Source: a virus
Lineage: Duplodnaviria > Caudoviricetes
Strand: one strand, 5' to 3'
DNA: 64,000 bases
IMG/VR virus record: IMGVR_UViG_3300033074_001542
Coordinates: 6,068-70,067 of that record
The position numbers and the translations under genes were made by a program. Under the pieces are notes generated by a model. It ran no database searches, was not told where the DNA came from, and was given only the letters and a program-made list of their open reading frames with translations. Shown in pieces: positions 36,401-45,100 of this stretch; position 1 is the stretch's first letter, and the number at the start of each line of letters is the position of its first letter.

Positions 36401-39400
36401 TTCCTCCGCGTCCTCATAAGAGGATTTTGGCTTGCTCTGCCTGGTCTTCTTTTCTGGCAACGGGACGATCTGCTCTGGCGAGAATGGTTCGAAGGGGTGC
36501 TCGTAATCGACTTCACCTTTTTCGCCGAGCGAAACGTTCCCCTTCCTGATTTCACTCTCTCTCTGTAGCGGAGCAATCCGCTGCGCCCTGATACCAGAGA
36601 TGATCTTTGCCCACTTCTGCGGGATCGTCCGGATAGGGACAGGACTCTCCCCACCAAGCGGAGCCTCCCCGAAACGCATACCGCCCAGTTGATTGGCGTA
36701 TCTTGTGCCGGAGAGTCTCTCGAGTTCGTCTGAACTGGGTGACCTGGTCGCTGCGCCAAAACGTGTTGAGCGCCCGCTCGTGAGGTATGTCTGTACCCAC
36801 TTCCTGGCTGTTTCTTCCGGGATCTTCTCCACGTTCGATACAACCCGGACGAGGTCGTCGATAGAGATCTCTGGCTGGATCTCCGCCGGTTTCGAGCGTC
36901 CGGTCTCGTCGACTGTTACTTTTCGCGCGCCCGTCTCGGATATCCCCTCTTCGCGGTACTTCAGGATCTGGGCTGCGTAGTGGTCTACGACCCTGATGAT
37001 TTCGCTCTCCCGCTCTATCTCATCGATATTCCTGGCCTCACGCCCGGAGAACCTGATTCCGGTGCTCGCCTTTCCGAACTTGCCGGATTCGGCCAGCTTA
37101 TTCAGCTTGTCGCGTCTCTCGTCGAGCACTCTGAGGTTGCCGCCGTCGGCTGGCTTACTGACGCTCTCGTCAGCCACGACCACTTTTCTGGCCTTCGCCA
37201 GAAGATCCCTGAGCCTCTCAACATGCCTTGGGTTGATCTTGTCCGGCGAGCCCATACCAGACACATCGAGTATCTTTTCGTAGAGCTCGTCGAATTCCCC
37301 GATGGCTTCCTGGAGCTCTTTCTCGGTTGGCCGGGTGGACTCGGTCTTGGCCTCGACCGGTTCCTGCGGAGCCTCTGTACCCCGTTTCATCTCGGAGATA
37401 GAGAGGTCCGATACGGCTTCCATAGGCGCTTCTTTTGCGGGCTCTTTCGGAGCTGTCTTAGGAGGTTCCTGAATCGGACGTTCGACGCGCGGAACTTCCC
37501 ATCTGTCCGCCATGACGTGGATCTTCTCGATGCGCTGCCTGGCGATCTCGGCAGCAAGCTTCGAGCCCTCGTCAGCGGGGTTGGCAGAGGCCTCTTTTTC
37601 AGCGACGTCAAGAAGCCTGTAGTGGGACCGGTACGCCTCGTTGACCATCTCTCTCTTGACGGCCTTGGCGGGTCCCTTTCCACTCTTGTTCCATGTTTCG
37701 CTCAGCGTCTTCGCCGCCTTGTCGGCGACGGCCTTGGCGGTACCCACGTCGAGGCTTTCCGGCTCCGGAATTGCCGGCGCCTTCGCTTCTACTGTATTGG
37801 GTGCCGGCTCGGCGGGCGGCGCAGCGGTCTTCGCTTCTTTTGGCGGCTTTTGCTTGGGCGGCTTCGGAACCTCGGCCGGCTTCGGCGGTTCTGATTTCGG
37901 GGGTTCGACCGGGGGCTGGGCTTCAACCGGCGGGGCCTGGGCCGGCGGCGGAGCCGGAGCCGATGCGGCTGCTTTTCTCTTCGCCTCAAAAGCCTGGGCC
38001 TGCTTCAGGGCGCTGGCCACTTGTTCCGGGGCCAGGTTGAGCTCGTTGATGAAGCTCTCCTCCATGGCCTTGTAGTCGAGCTCGCCATCCCTGCCCCGGA
38101 AGCTGTCCAGGTCGCTGGCCTCGATCTCGACATCCGCGTCAACCTCGGCCGGCTCAGCCGCAGGTTTTGCGGCCGGCTTAGGGGCTGACTTGGGGGCGGG
38201 TGCCGTTTCTTGCGGCTTGGGCGCCGGCGGTGCCGTCGGCTTCTTGGGATAGAGAAGGTCGGCGAGTGGATCCGCTTTCAAGCGATCGATCTTCTGCTGG
38301 ATGCGGGCGACGGCGACATCCTTTTCGTTCTTCCCCATCGCCGGGTCAGCCTTCGCTTTCGTCAGCTCTTCCTGAAGCTTGGCGACCGCATCCGTCGTGC
38401 TTTTCTTCGACGCCGTGTGCATCAGCTTCGCGGCATCCAGGGCCCGCTGTTCGGCAGCCATCTTTTCATCGAGCGCCTTGGCGAGGTTCGGTTTCTCGGC
38501 TGCCTCGAGAGGCGCTTGATCGAATGCTTCCTTCGCTTTGGCTACCTCTTCTCGCGCCGCCTGGACATTCCGGAGGGCAATCTGCGCGACGCCGGTCCGC
38601 TCGGCTTCGACGTCAGCCTTCTGGGCTACGTCGTACCGGCCGAGTCTGATGTCCCTCATCGTGGCGTCGGCTTTCTGCTTGTCAGTCAGGCTGCTTTCGC
38701 CGGTGAGCACGCGCCGCACCGTTGCCTGCTGCTGGCGACGCCGGGCCTGGTCGTACTTCTCCGGTGTCTCCATCTGGCGCAGGGCGATGTACATCTGGGA
38801 CGCCATCGGATCGCCCTTGAAGGCTGACGTATCACCGGCCTCGTAGGCCGCGAACATCTTGTCGAACTCTGCCGGGTTCTTGTCGTAGAGGCGCTTGTAA
38901 TAACCGTAGTTCGGGTGAAGGCCTTCGCCGCGCTCGATGTTTTCCTGGATACGTTCGGTCGCTCCGAGAGCCTCGTTGAGCTGACGAACCGCTTCCGCAT
39001 GGATGCTCTTCTCGGGGCCGTCCGGCAGTCCTGCCATCTTCGACTCAAGGTCCGCGCGAACAGCCTGGATCGTGTCGGCGTCCGCGAGGGCGCCAGACTT
39101 CAGACCGAGTCCCTTTTCGAGATCACCGAGCTTTCCCTTGAGCCGGCCGGACTCGACTAGCCAGTGCAGTTTTTCGTGCTGAAAGATGCCCGGTGTCGTC
39201 TCGCCACGCAGTGCGTAGATGGTGTTCTCGGCATCGTTGAACCAGGCGATCGGCTCTTTCGCTCCGCCTCCACCGCGGATGGCGTCACCGCCCTCGGTAG
39301 CCTGCTTGTATTCCGGGCTGTCCTTGTCCATGAACTTCACGGAAAGAGACTGAGGCGTATCGCTCGACGTCCACTTACCGTCTTCGCCGCGCTTCCAGTT

Positions 39401-41008
39401 GAGTGCCGAGGTCTCAAGCAGAGCCCTCTGGCCGTCGATGGTTCTCGTGTCAAACTTCCCGCCCGGAACATCAACATCGAACGGGGTTCGGTTATGGAAG
39501 GCCGAGCGAGCCATCCCGCCCATGAACGCCGCAGTTGCGCCGGTCCCGATACCCTCACGGACCGCCTTCTCCCAGTCTCCTGTCTGGGGCGCAGACGCCA
39601 GGGCCTCCACCGCTTCCGGCCCTTGATTCCAGAGCTCGCGCGCCATTCCCTGCGCGAAGTAGGGCGTCACCACGGCCTTATGGAGACCGGCCTCTGTCGC
39701 GCCAGTGAGGACCGAACGCGCACCTTGCGCTAACTCCCGACCGAGGCCCGTGAGTCCGTCCTTGTAGGGGGCCGCCGACTTAAATGCGTTCTTTGCCGCC
39801 TCCAGTGACGGCTGGTATGTAGTCGACTCGCGCCAGAGATCCTTCGCAACGGCAGGAATTTCCCTGGGAATCAAGCTCCGAACTCCGGTCGCCTGCTGAC
39901 TTTCCAGGATGGCTTTTCCGGTTTCCTGAAACACCTTTGCCTCGCGCGCCCCGGTGAATGCCGGGATCAGTTCGCGGGCGGCCTGGATGGCGCCACCGAC
40001 CTTGCCAAGCGAAGTGGCTTCTGGTGGAGCCGCCTTGATCATCCGGCCCAGGGCGTTCAGGCCCTTCGGGGCTACGTTCGCGATCTTGTTGATAGCGGCC
40101 ATCTCGCCGCCAAGGAGCATCTCGCCCAGGCCCCCGGCCACCTCACCCCCGACCTCGGCCAACCGGCCGGCCTTGACGAGTCCGGGTGTTCTGTCGATCG
40201 CCTGCTGCGCCTCGAGCTGTGTTTCGCCGAACCGCGGGTCCGTTTCGCCGACCTGGCGTTTCACGTCGTCGACATCGTCGTTGGGCCCGAGACGGAGTTT
40301 CCGCCTGAGCTCATTCTGCCTCTTGACACTCTCGGCACGCGCCCAGGCAGCGTCCGCCGCATGTGATTCCGCTCCCAGCTGGAGGGCGAGCCCTGGAATT
40401 CGCCCCATCTGTCCGAGCTGCGGAGTCACCGCTTGAAGCGGGGCCATCACGGTAGCCCATGCTTTCGATCCAGCGCCCGCGTTTGGATCGGTATAGGTGT
40501 CGACGAGCGGTTCCACCGCGCGTCCTGAAAACGTTTTCTCGAGAGCTCTTTCTGGAACAGGGAGGCCGCGAACCCTGCCGAGAGATCTGGATGCCGGTTG
40601 CATGTCTTCCGGGGCCGGGATAGCGTTTGCGTCTTCCGGCTGGAACTCTGTTTGGTTGCGCCTAGATGCCTCCATCTTGGATGCGAACGGATCCGCATCC
40701 GACACGAACCGACGCCGGCGCTTGTCGGCTAGCCATGCGATGTCTTCACCCTGGCGCGGCCCGACAAACTCGGGATCTAGGCCACGCTCACGCAGGGTCT
40801 GGACAGCACCCACGGGAGCCCTGTGCGAGAGCGGAGCCATCAGGCCCTCGCCGCTTTTCGACCGCCTGTAGAACTCCTTCACGGAGTCCGAGGTCTTGGC
40901 CATCTCGCGGGGAACGAAGAACTTCTCTGGTCCGCCCTCTTCCGTCATGTCGACGTAGATACCGGGGAGTCTGTCGTCCAGGCCACCTATCCAGTCGTAA
41001 TCAGCCAT
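30419..41008 (-). CDS. Giant (~3,529 aa) polyvalent DNA-ejection/internal virion protein: zincin-like HExxH motif, Pro/Ala linker, embedded sigma-70-like domain, C-terminal LPD38-like domain
   Basis: Start refined to MADYDW at 41008 (AAGGGG RBS). GIFQHEKLH at ~39170; sigma-like segment at ~35540-36325; ESATRRAEF..AAREVTVNFSRHG..PFMHAGI..IPKGF (LPD38-like, ~31050-31780). It is the last gene of the virion operon. Confidence 0.8.
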   Translation of the reverse strand: MADYDWIGGLDDRLPGIYVDMTEEGGPEKFFVPREMAKTSDSVKEFYRRSKSGEGLMAPLSHRAPVGAVQTLRERGLDPEFVGPRQGEDIAWLADKRRRRFVSDADPFASKMEASRRNQTEFQPEDANAIPAPEDMQPASRSLGRVRGLPVPERALEKTFSGRAVEPLVDTYTDPNAGAGSKAWATVMAPLQAVTPQLGQMGRIPGLALQLGAESHAADAAWARAESVKRQNELRRKLRLGPNDDVDDVKRQVGETDPRFGETQLEAQQAIDRTPGLVKAGRLAEVGGEVAGGLGEMLLGGEMAAINKIANVAPKGLNALGRMIKAAPPEATSLGKVGGAIQAARELIPAFTGAREAKVFQETGKAILESQQATGVRSLIPREIPAVAKDLWRESTTYQPSLEAAKNAFKSAAPYKDGLTGLGRELAQGARSVLTGATEAGLHKAVVTPYFAQGMARELWNQGPEAVEALASAPQTGDWEKAVREGIGTGATAAFMGGMARSAFHNRTPFDVDVPGGKFDTRTIDGQRALLETSALNWKRGEDGKWTSSDTPQSLSVKFMDKDSPEYKQATEGGDAIRGGGGAKEPIAWFNDAENTIYALRGETTPGIFQHEKLHWLVESGRLKGKLGDLEKGLGLKSGALADADTIQAVRADLESKMAGLPDGPEKSIHAEAVRQLNEALGATERIQENIERGEGLHPNYGYYKRLYDKNPAEFDKMFAAYEAGDTSAFKGDPMASQMYIALRQMETPEKYDQARRRQQQATVRRVLTGESSLTDKQKADATMRDIRLGRYDVAQKADVEAERTGVAQIALRNVQAAREEVAKAKEAFDQAPLEAAEKPNLAKALDEKMAAEQRALDAAKLMHTASKKSTTDAVAKLQEELTKAKADPAMGKNEKDVAVARIQQKIDRLKADPLADLLYPKKPTAPPAPKPQETAPAPKSAPKPAAKPAAEPAEVDADVEIEASDLDSFRGRDGELDYKAMEESFINELNLAPEQVASALKQAQAFEAKRKAAASAPAPPPAQAPPVEAQPPVEPPKSEPPKPAEVPKPPKQKPPKEAKTAAPPAEPAPNTVEAKAPAIPEPESLDVGTAKAVADKAAKTLSETWNKSGKGPAKAVKREMVNEAYRSHYRLLDVAEKEASANPADEGSKLAAEIARQRIEKIHVMADRWEVPRVERPIQEPPKTAPKEPAKEAPMEAVSDLSISEMKRGTEAPQEPVEAKTESTRPTEKELQEAIGEFDELYEKILDVSGMGSPDKINPRHVERLRDLLAKARKVVVADESVSKPADGGNLRVLDERRDKLNKLAESGKFGKASTGIRFSGREARNIDEIERESEIIRVVDHYAAQILKYREEGISETGARKVTVDETGRSKPAEIQPEISIDDLVRVVSNVEKIPEETARKWVQTYLTSGRSTRFGAATRSPSSDELERLSGTRYANQLGGMRFGEAPLGGESPVPIRTIPQKWAKIISGIRAQRIAPLQRESEIRKGNVSLGEKGEVDYEHPFEPFSPEQIVPLPEKKTRQSKPKSSYEDAEERVRIKDYYNTLRSAFEGELTERGVPKDLSPAEEAKATYEDLLGRSLFTVAGTATRMRRGTGVRFEDLVDAGNDAALRVVDKYIKQREAGVKGIESLGRTVNVAAQQAMTDAIYLSRGGGLAGKNAVRIGQIIDKEYDALRNDLDREPTTQEVVESLREKGNEGITEAVIKNHLKRQELQSSEISLDATARRGREGEDDTSYGELVADARVKPADEEIIRRSLEETQDKAFEALTKEERYIARKVGEKLLESPDAALPMAELVRDLGSSEHAIRRMYSSAVSKLGASLGKSDAERSRASLKRGIEGEVDSDIATKIVRMFPKAAAELDKPSMPDRVPLETVTEWLSEIPGLKADRIGWVIRRMREEGLLALGKDKGRIMVEVGAEGKTVWRKLDTVADVRAYGKEVSDVKEHAPKTSIPVWVKSLADARLTEAGHRAASRIARAVAERRAQKRDLLVRDVVSVRIPGSDEIPITRTADVTLQRIANEVIKAHGGAGRVADEGFDITDATIPSKVAASLPKGNVVDLIERGLLSPTYVPPGQDWDGAGFEYKGRKVHSLVLTDNGVAELPKAFRDAIYEGPKELPILREGLNELTRKGLVSITESGIVTTGKPSVVTLKTPAEPYVLPKKFDEGPGNLPKITPRPQAETDKWNPRGEAERLFNLIADVDRDVATKMAKDRYDSIVRLRQRYTARTALGHLVRDMGYEDRALMFQPAGIGYEGVIKRAKQEAAKLGIAAGDVIPREKLDSVGNFWEQTDPKSTNTGLLIVPGGDGKPSLIYYMDHGKLLGAWNTKFDPEAPVPVKSKDEVVASMLAKTEPGSIQRRVHAALAEHGVRRTPANEVFSEEGKRNVDLFTPDQMTMKLFRKWNENPEKLVGHVEYQIGDSRGGTQLTLDQIKKGLDDIIRKKNAYTPESFALHMLEMDRVRELYKKDPEGDDALADAGIDFIPEKGVEDAGKLGSNLQGAGDGRGVGPGSGEEILGGDQGLPGTKKNQYSGRQAGDPLGPELKEALDRLQQGVGIPKHVAAKLPATMRAALLDYTASVRSMEEASGHFEDKVEYTDANGQKRLHVLESPSLMADEMAGLSGKIMSGFLYGEQDSNGKWHGPVRGIKGDGDFDFRNDVEPFQALMKEAGPDYLKVALYRESKHALAVSQEKNASGEYIETGKDLKKAARIVDEIEGTGGKPPNEKILKLSRKFDAWYGAVLDYVVNSGAIPQELATTLRLKYPNYTSMQRVFDQIYSPGGASTRSVSSIGKRLQGSERETLDHTLAAIEYAHRMITLSERNRLYRTLGKAVDTNPVYWRNAVRRSRGSSGSPLSATGVKLKAAFELSKDKTGLSDDAIAQLDATLKDIIKAESEDKKAVKDRDFHKRSLSFGYWDGGQYNKFRIDEGIAKFLDEAVGSRHIGGQVARWASILSLARPLKWLTTHHWLFPIANQGRDVQTRAIQSEALGGVTGAMKMPFTPYYQLLRTVAASMGVRRGEDNAKRSLAYKMTAGSFANLTGEPTRIARQEYENMMRETDGTSKLMKGVLRIFHPLQLADAIVEPFESATRRAEFNLAKDRGLSDLEAGRAAREVTVNFSRHGSSEVLKSLGVISPFMHAGIASADKFYQTLKNHPISTMARGVLMLSVPAAINWVMTKDDEEIERKRKTPGGSLYMWTRLPDVDGMPEEYRGKIVAIPKGFVYGQIFMTGAEAALDEAYRRNPKSLAPMINAVRNLYGAKRQLDPERPGLETGTEIASRVGKSIGSQLLSFSSPPLVDLAAGLIAKKDLFFGTPIELESQKDLEPPDRQSPHTGELSKAISSTMWRTAQNLSDATNGAIDLEGFVPSSDQTAYIIDKMGSLAKSTRTAADEYVSTKVGKPMPPSEYSQLFGRFMPPEPSSFGYETILYRDIYGKTRTAKQTIDAYVAKGDSDAGNRYLARPANKKALIWSDVMKSINDDIVVLQRRRMEILKDNTLSNSEKIKYAKEIIRAVNELRRQAVVAYKTDPMDRYQ

Positions 41009-41018
41009 CCGGGTCCCC

Positions 41019-42512
41019 TTATTTTCGTTTGCCGTTGAGGCCGTAAACCGGGATACCGCTTCCACCGCCACCGCCGGGGGCAGCTGCCGATGGATGAGAT
41101 GCCGTCGGACCAACATCTACCTGCGGCAGGGTCAGATATTCCTCGCTCAAGCGGCCGCTCCGGAACAACGGTAGAGCCATGTTCCTGATCAACTCGATGG
41201 CGCTGTCTTTCGTCATCTTTCCATCCTCGGTGAGGATCGTGATGGCGTCGGCATACGTCTTCGGGTTACGCGCCTTCAGCTTCTCGGCGGCGAACCTGTC
41301 TATGAGACTGCCACCCGTCGTGCGTGGCACGACTCCGCTCACGAGCGAACCAACAACGCGGTTCTCGATCATGCCGGCCCGTCTAACGTTCCGATCTTCC
41401 AGCGCCGACTCCGCCACTTGCGCCTCGAGCGGCACACCTTCAATGGGAACCGTGCGACCTGACCTCGTGAGCCCGTACCAGACACCGTCTTTTGATGTGT
41501 AAGACTTGATGTCGTCATCGCCCTTATTGATTCCGGCTTTTCTGGCGTTGATGTCCATCTGCTCTTTCCAGACATCGAATTCGATCATCCCGTCGGGTGC
41601 CGAATCACCCGGTCTCACTTTGGTAGTCTGGTACGTTTTTGGGTTGATGTAAGTGATGGCGTTCCGCGGGTTGTTCCTGTCGGCCTCTTGCTGCAACGCA
41701 AACTGCTTGTTCAGCCTTGCGTCTGTAGCCTCTTCCTGCGCCTTGAACCTGCGATTCAGAAGCTCTTCCTGGTAGTCAGCCTTCTCGCGGTCGGTCATCT
41801 CTGGCGAGAAGACGCTCCAGTACGCAGCGTCGTACTTGTTCTGCGCCGCTCGCATCTTTCGTTCTTTCAGATCGTTCCTCATGTTGAGGACCGCCCCAAA
41901 CTGCGGGAACATCGCTGACAGAATCATGGCCCAGGTGCTACCGGACGAGTCTGTCGCTTCCTGCCATTCCTTCTCGGCCTTCTCAAGGTCGGACTGGGAG
42001 CCGCGCACGAGGTCGCCACCCTGTAGCTTCGGGGCTGCTGTCTTCGTGCTGACGTCGATACCCTTCAACAGGTTTTCGTTGAACGATGTCGACCCCATGG
42101 CGTCCGGAGACTTGGTGGATTCCGGGCCGGCGAACTCGGCTGCACGCTTGAACGGCGTGGCGAACGCGCCGGCGTCATTTATCGCGAACGACTTTTCTTC
42201 TGGCTCAAACGGACTGAGCCCAGGGGGTTCAGGGGAGCTCATCCGAGCCGACATGATCTCCGGGGAGATTCCCTGGCGAGCTTGCTGCGCGGCCGCGTTG
42301 AACGGAGTCGCGAAGGCGTTGTTGACGTCGTGTTCCTGCGTCACCTCGGTGCCTGCGGTCGGATCGAACGCGGCGAGCTGATCAGCGGAAAGCCTCGGGG
42401 CTACAGCATTAGGCATACTGGTTCGCGACCTGAGCGCCGAGTACCCAGACGACCGCTGGGGCGCCGCGTTAAAGCTCACCTGGCTGCTGAATGGTTTTGC
42501 TCCGTATGCCAT
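41019..42512 (-). CDS. Internal virion / DNA-ejection protein
   Basis: Position before the giant protein, a hydrophobic helix (WAMILSAMFPQFGAVL) and a coiled coil. Confidence 0.6.
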   Translation of the reverse strand: MAYGAKPFSSQVSFNAAPQRSSGYSALRSRTSMPNAVAPRLSADQLAAFDPTAGTEVTQEHDVNNAFATPFNAAAQQARQGISPEIMSARMSSPEPPGLSPFEPEEKSFAINDAGAFATPFKRAAEFAGPESTKSPDAMGSTSFNENLLKGIDVSTKTAAPKLQGGDLVRGSQSDLEKAEKEWQEATDSSGSTWAMILSAMFPQFGAVLNMRNDLKERKMRAAQNKYDAAYWSVFSPEMTDREKADYQEELLNRRFKAQEEATDARLNKQFALQQEADRNNPRNAITYINPKTYQTTKVRPGDSAPDGMIEFDVWKEQMDINARKAGINKGDDDIKSYTSKDGVWYGLTRSGRTVPIEGVPLEAQVAESALEDRNVRRAGMIENRVVGSLVSGVVPRTTGGSLIDRFAAEKLKARNPKTYADAITILTEDGKMTKDSAIELIRNMALPLFRSGRLSEEYLTLPQVDVGPTASHPSAAAPGGGGGSGIPVYGLNGKRK

Positions 42513-42520
42513 GCGTCACC

Positions 42521-43006
42521 TCAGATCGAGTAGCCAGCGGCACTCAGAAGGGTCGTTGCCGTTGACATGTTCTGGGACCCTTGCTGGGCGTTAGCCGCAC
42601 TCGCCGCCTGACCGGCTGCCGCCTGACCCATGATGTCGTTGTTGGCTTTGTCCATCAGGGAAAAGCCCTGCTTCTGCCCGGACTCCGTATCCTGCGCGCC
42701 TGGGCCGCCCTGGGGTTGCTGCTGGGGCATGAGCGAGGCGCCGGCCATCGGATTGAACTTCCTGGTTGCGTCGAGTTCAGCTGCGTAATCACGCCTGTAC
42801 TCCGCCGGCTCGGGAGCTGGCGTGTTCTCGGGTCCCTTGTTCTTGGGGTTGTTCCCTTCGTCGATGAGGCGCCCACCGAAGTTGGCCGCGGCTCGCAGTC
42901 CCGCGTTTGACTGGGCATATTCCTGGCCCTGCGGAGCAAAGGAGGCAGCCATGCTGAGCCCCTGCTGCCACTCCTTGCCCTTGTCGAAGATGTCGTTCCA
43001 GCCCAT
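42521..43006 (-). CDS. Small internal virion / ejection protein
   Basis: Ala/Gly/Gln-rich; position in the ejection cluster. Confidence 0.55.
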   Translation of the reverse strand: MGWNDIFDKGKEWQQGLSMAASFAPQGQEYAQSNAGLRAAANFGGRLIDEGNNPKNKGPENTPAPEPAEYRRDYAAELDATRKFNPMAGASLMPQQQPQGGPGAQDTESGQKQGFSLMDKANNDIMGQAAAGQAASAANAQQGSQNMSTATTLLSAAGYSI

Positions 43007-43014
43007 TCATCACC

Positions 43015-45099
43015 TCAGATCGAGAAGCTCATGCCGGACTGGCCGCTGCCACCCGTCGTGCTGTTGAAGTTCGGAAGAGACCCGAGGGCCGCAAGGAGCG
43101 ACCCCATCTGGCCGGCGGTCCCGCTCTGCTGACCAAGGAGCTGTTGGAGCCCGTTCATCCGGAACTGGTCTCCCTGGGTTCCGCGGTTCGCCAGGTTCCC
43201 GACCATGTTCGCGCCGGCCATCGTGTTGGTGTTCCGACGATCGATCGCGCGCTCGTTGGCCTGGAGGGCCTGCTGCTGCTGGCCACGCTGGTTCTGCGCC
43301 ATCCCGAGACGCGTGTTGAGCTGGGTCTGCTGCCGCTGGTCGGCGGAGTTCTGGAGGTTCTGGTAGCCCTGCGCCGCCGCCTGCTGGCGCTGGTCCGTCC
43401 GGCCCGCCAGGTTCTGGTAGCCCTGAGCCGCCGCGAGGTTCCGCTGGTCCTGGGCGCCCTGCATCCCGGAGAGGTTCTGGAACCCCTGCTGAGCCTGCTG
43501 ATTCGCGGTCCCGATCATGTTCTGCCGGAGGCCGAGCCCCGCCTGCTGGCGCGCGTCAGCCTCACCCTGCATCTGGTTGTAACCCTGGAGCGCCTGCTGC
43601 GCCCGGCCCCGTGCCGACTCCTGGATGGCGCGCTGCTGGCCGGTTGCCCACTGCGACCGCTGGGCCGCATCACCCGCAAGCCCTGCGTACTGCTGGGCCG
43701 CGGCGTTGAGCCTCGAGTCGGCCTGCCCGCCCATCTGACCGTACATCTGCGCGGCCTGAGCCTCGTTGCCCCGGGTGGCGTTCTCCATCTCTCGCCGGCC
43801 CTGGAGCGCCTGGGCCTGGCGACCGTACTCTTCACCCTGCATCTGGCCGAGCCCTTGGAGACCAAGGTCGCGGTCGGCCCGCTGGGCGCCGGCGATCTGG
43901 AGCTGGGTCTGGTTGTTGGCCTGGGAGAGGGCGTTCCCGGTGTCGAGCTTGTTCGCCATGAGGGCGCCGGCCAGCCCGGCCGAGTTGCCCCGCATCGCGG
44001 CTGCGCGCTGGGCCGCCTGCTCGCCCGCCATCGATTTCTGCTGGATCGGGTTCAGCGCCGACTGCCGGAGCGCGTCCTGCGTCTTCGCGTCGTAGCCACC
44101 CTTCCCAGCGGCGAAGTCCTGGTAGGTCTGCTCCCGCTGGCCTTGGTACTTGCCCGGGTCGAACCCGAGGACGTCCCACTGCCGGGCCGTGTCGGCCTCA
44201 CGCTGAGACCACCCCATGTTCCAGGGGTCCCAGGAGGCGCCCCGGTAGGCGTTCCCGGACATGCGGTTGACCATCCCGAGCTGTTCGTTCTCGAACTTCC
44301 CGGACTGGCCGTTCCCGAGGTTTCCCGCGAGCGAGGCACGCTGGTCTTCGTAGGCGCCCGGCCCGGTCCGGTAGTTCTCGATGTTGTTGGCGACCTGTTC
44401 CTCGCCGGCGGTCAGCCCGCCGTTCATCTTGTCGAGGATCGAGCGCCGGGTGTCGTCGGTCCATCCTTGGCCGTTTGCGTACTGGTCGCCCATCTGGGCG
44501 GTCTGCGCCTGGTACTGGTTCCAGCCCATCCCGTAGGGGTCCCAGGATTGGCCGTAGTTCTGGGCGCCAGAGGCCCGGTTGTTTGCGGCCGTCAGGTTCT
44601 TGTCGTACTGGCCACCCTGGCCCATCTGGTCGTACATCCCGGAGAGCCGCTGGTCGTACTGGTCCCGACCAAGCATCCCACCATAGATGTTCCCCATCCC
44701 CTGTTCGTAGCGGCCGTATCCCTGGCCATACTGGTCGGCGAGCCCCAGGTTCTCGTTCTCCATGTCGTTGAAGCCGCCGTACCCGTAGTCCTGCCAGCCC
44801 TGCGCTCCGAGGGTATCCAGGTCGCTCCACCCACCGGTGTTCCTGTAGTAGTCGGCGGTGTCGTAGTAGTCCTGGTCGAACGCGTTGAGCCCGGTGTAAT
44901 CCATGAGGTCGCCGTAGAGCCCGCCGGTGGGCGCCTCGGTGTCCGGGTTCAGGTAGTAGTCGGCGTCGGCGTTCCTGGGGTCCACCCCACCACCACCGGT
45001 GGCGCTACCGCCGCCCTCGACATCATCGAAAAAGCTTCGCCAGTCGCCGTTGTTCCAGACGTCGTCGATTTGCTGAGTAGCTGGGCGCGGATTCGGCAT
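43015..45099 (-). CDS. Gly/Gln/Ala/Tyr-rich internal virion (pilot-like) protein with 18-aa repeats
   Basis: Start refined to MPNPRP at 45099; QRxxAAAQGYQNL repeats. Confidence 0.7.
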   Translation of the reverse strand: MPNPRPATQQIDDVWNNGDWRSFFDDVEGGGSATGGGGVDPRNADADYYLNPDTEAPTGGLYGDLMDYTGLNAFDQDYYDTADYYRNTGGWSDLDTLGAQGWQDYGYGGFNDMENENLGLADQYGQGYGRYEQGMGNIYGGMLGRDQYDQRLSGMYDQMGQGGQYDKNLTAANNRASGAQNYGQSWDPYGMGWNQYQAQTAQMGDQYANGQGWTDDTRRSILDKMNGGLTAGEEQVANNIENYRTGPGAYEDQRASLAGNLGNGQSGKFENEQLGMVNRMSGNAYRGASWDPWNMGWSQREADTARQWDVLGFDPGKYQGQREQTYQDFAAGKGGYDAKTQDALRQSALNPIQQKSMAGEQAAQRAAAMRGNSAGLAGALMANKLDTGNALSQANNQTQLQIAGAQRADRDLGLQGLGQMQGEEYGRQAQALQGRREMENATRGNEAQAAQMYGQMGGQADSRLNAAAQQYAGLAGDAAQRSQWATGQQRAIQESARGRAQQALQGYNQMQGEADARQQAGLGLRQNMIGTANQQAQQGFQNLSGMQGAQDQRNLAAAQGYQNLAGRTDQRQQAAAQGYQNLQNSADQRQQTQLNTRLGMAQNQRGQQQQALQANERAIDRRNTNTMAGANMVGNLANRGTQGDQFRMNGLQQLLGQQSGTAGQMGSLLAALGSLPNFNSTTGGSGQSGMSFSI

Positions 45100-45100
45100 G

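Noticed and set aside
41009-41116. N-terminal extension of the giant ORF as given in the track (start 41116)
   Set aside because: It overlaps the upstream gene; a good RBS precedes the ATG at 41008.
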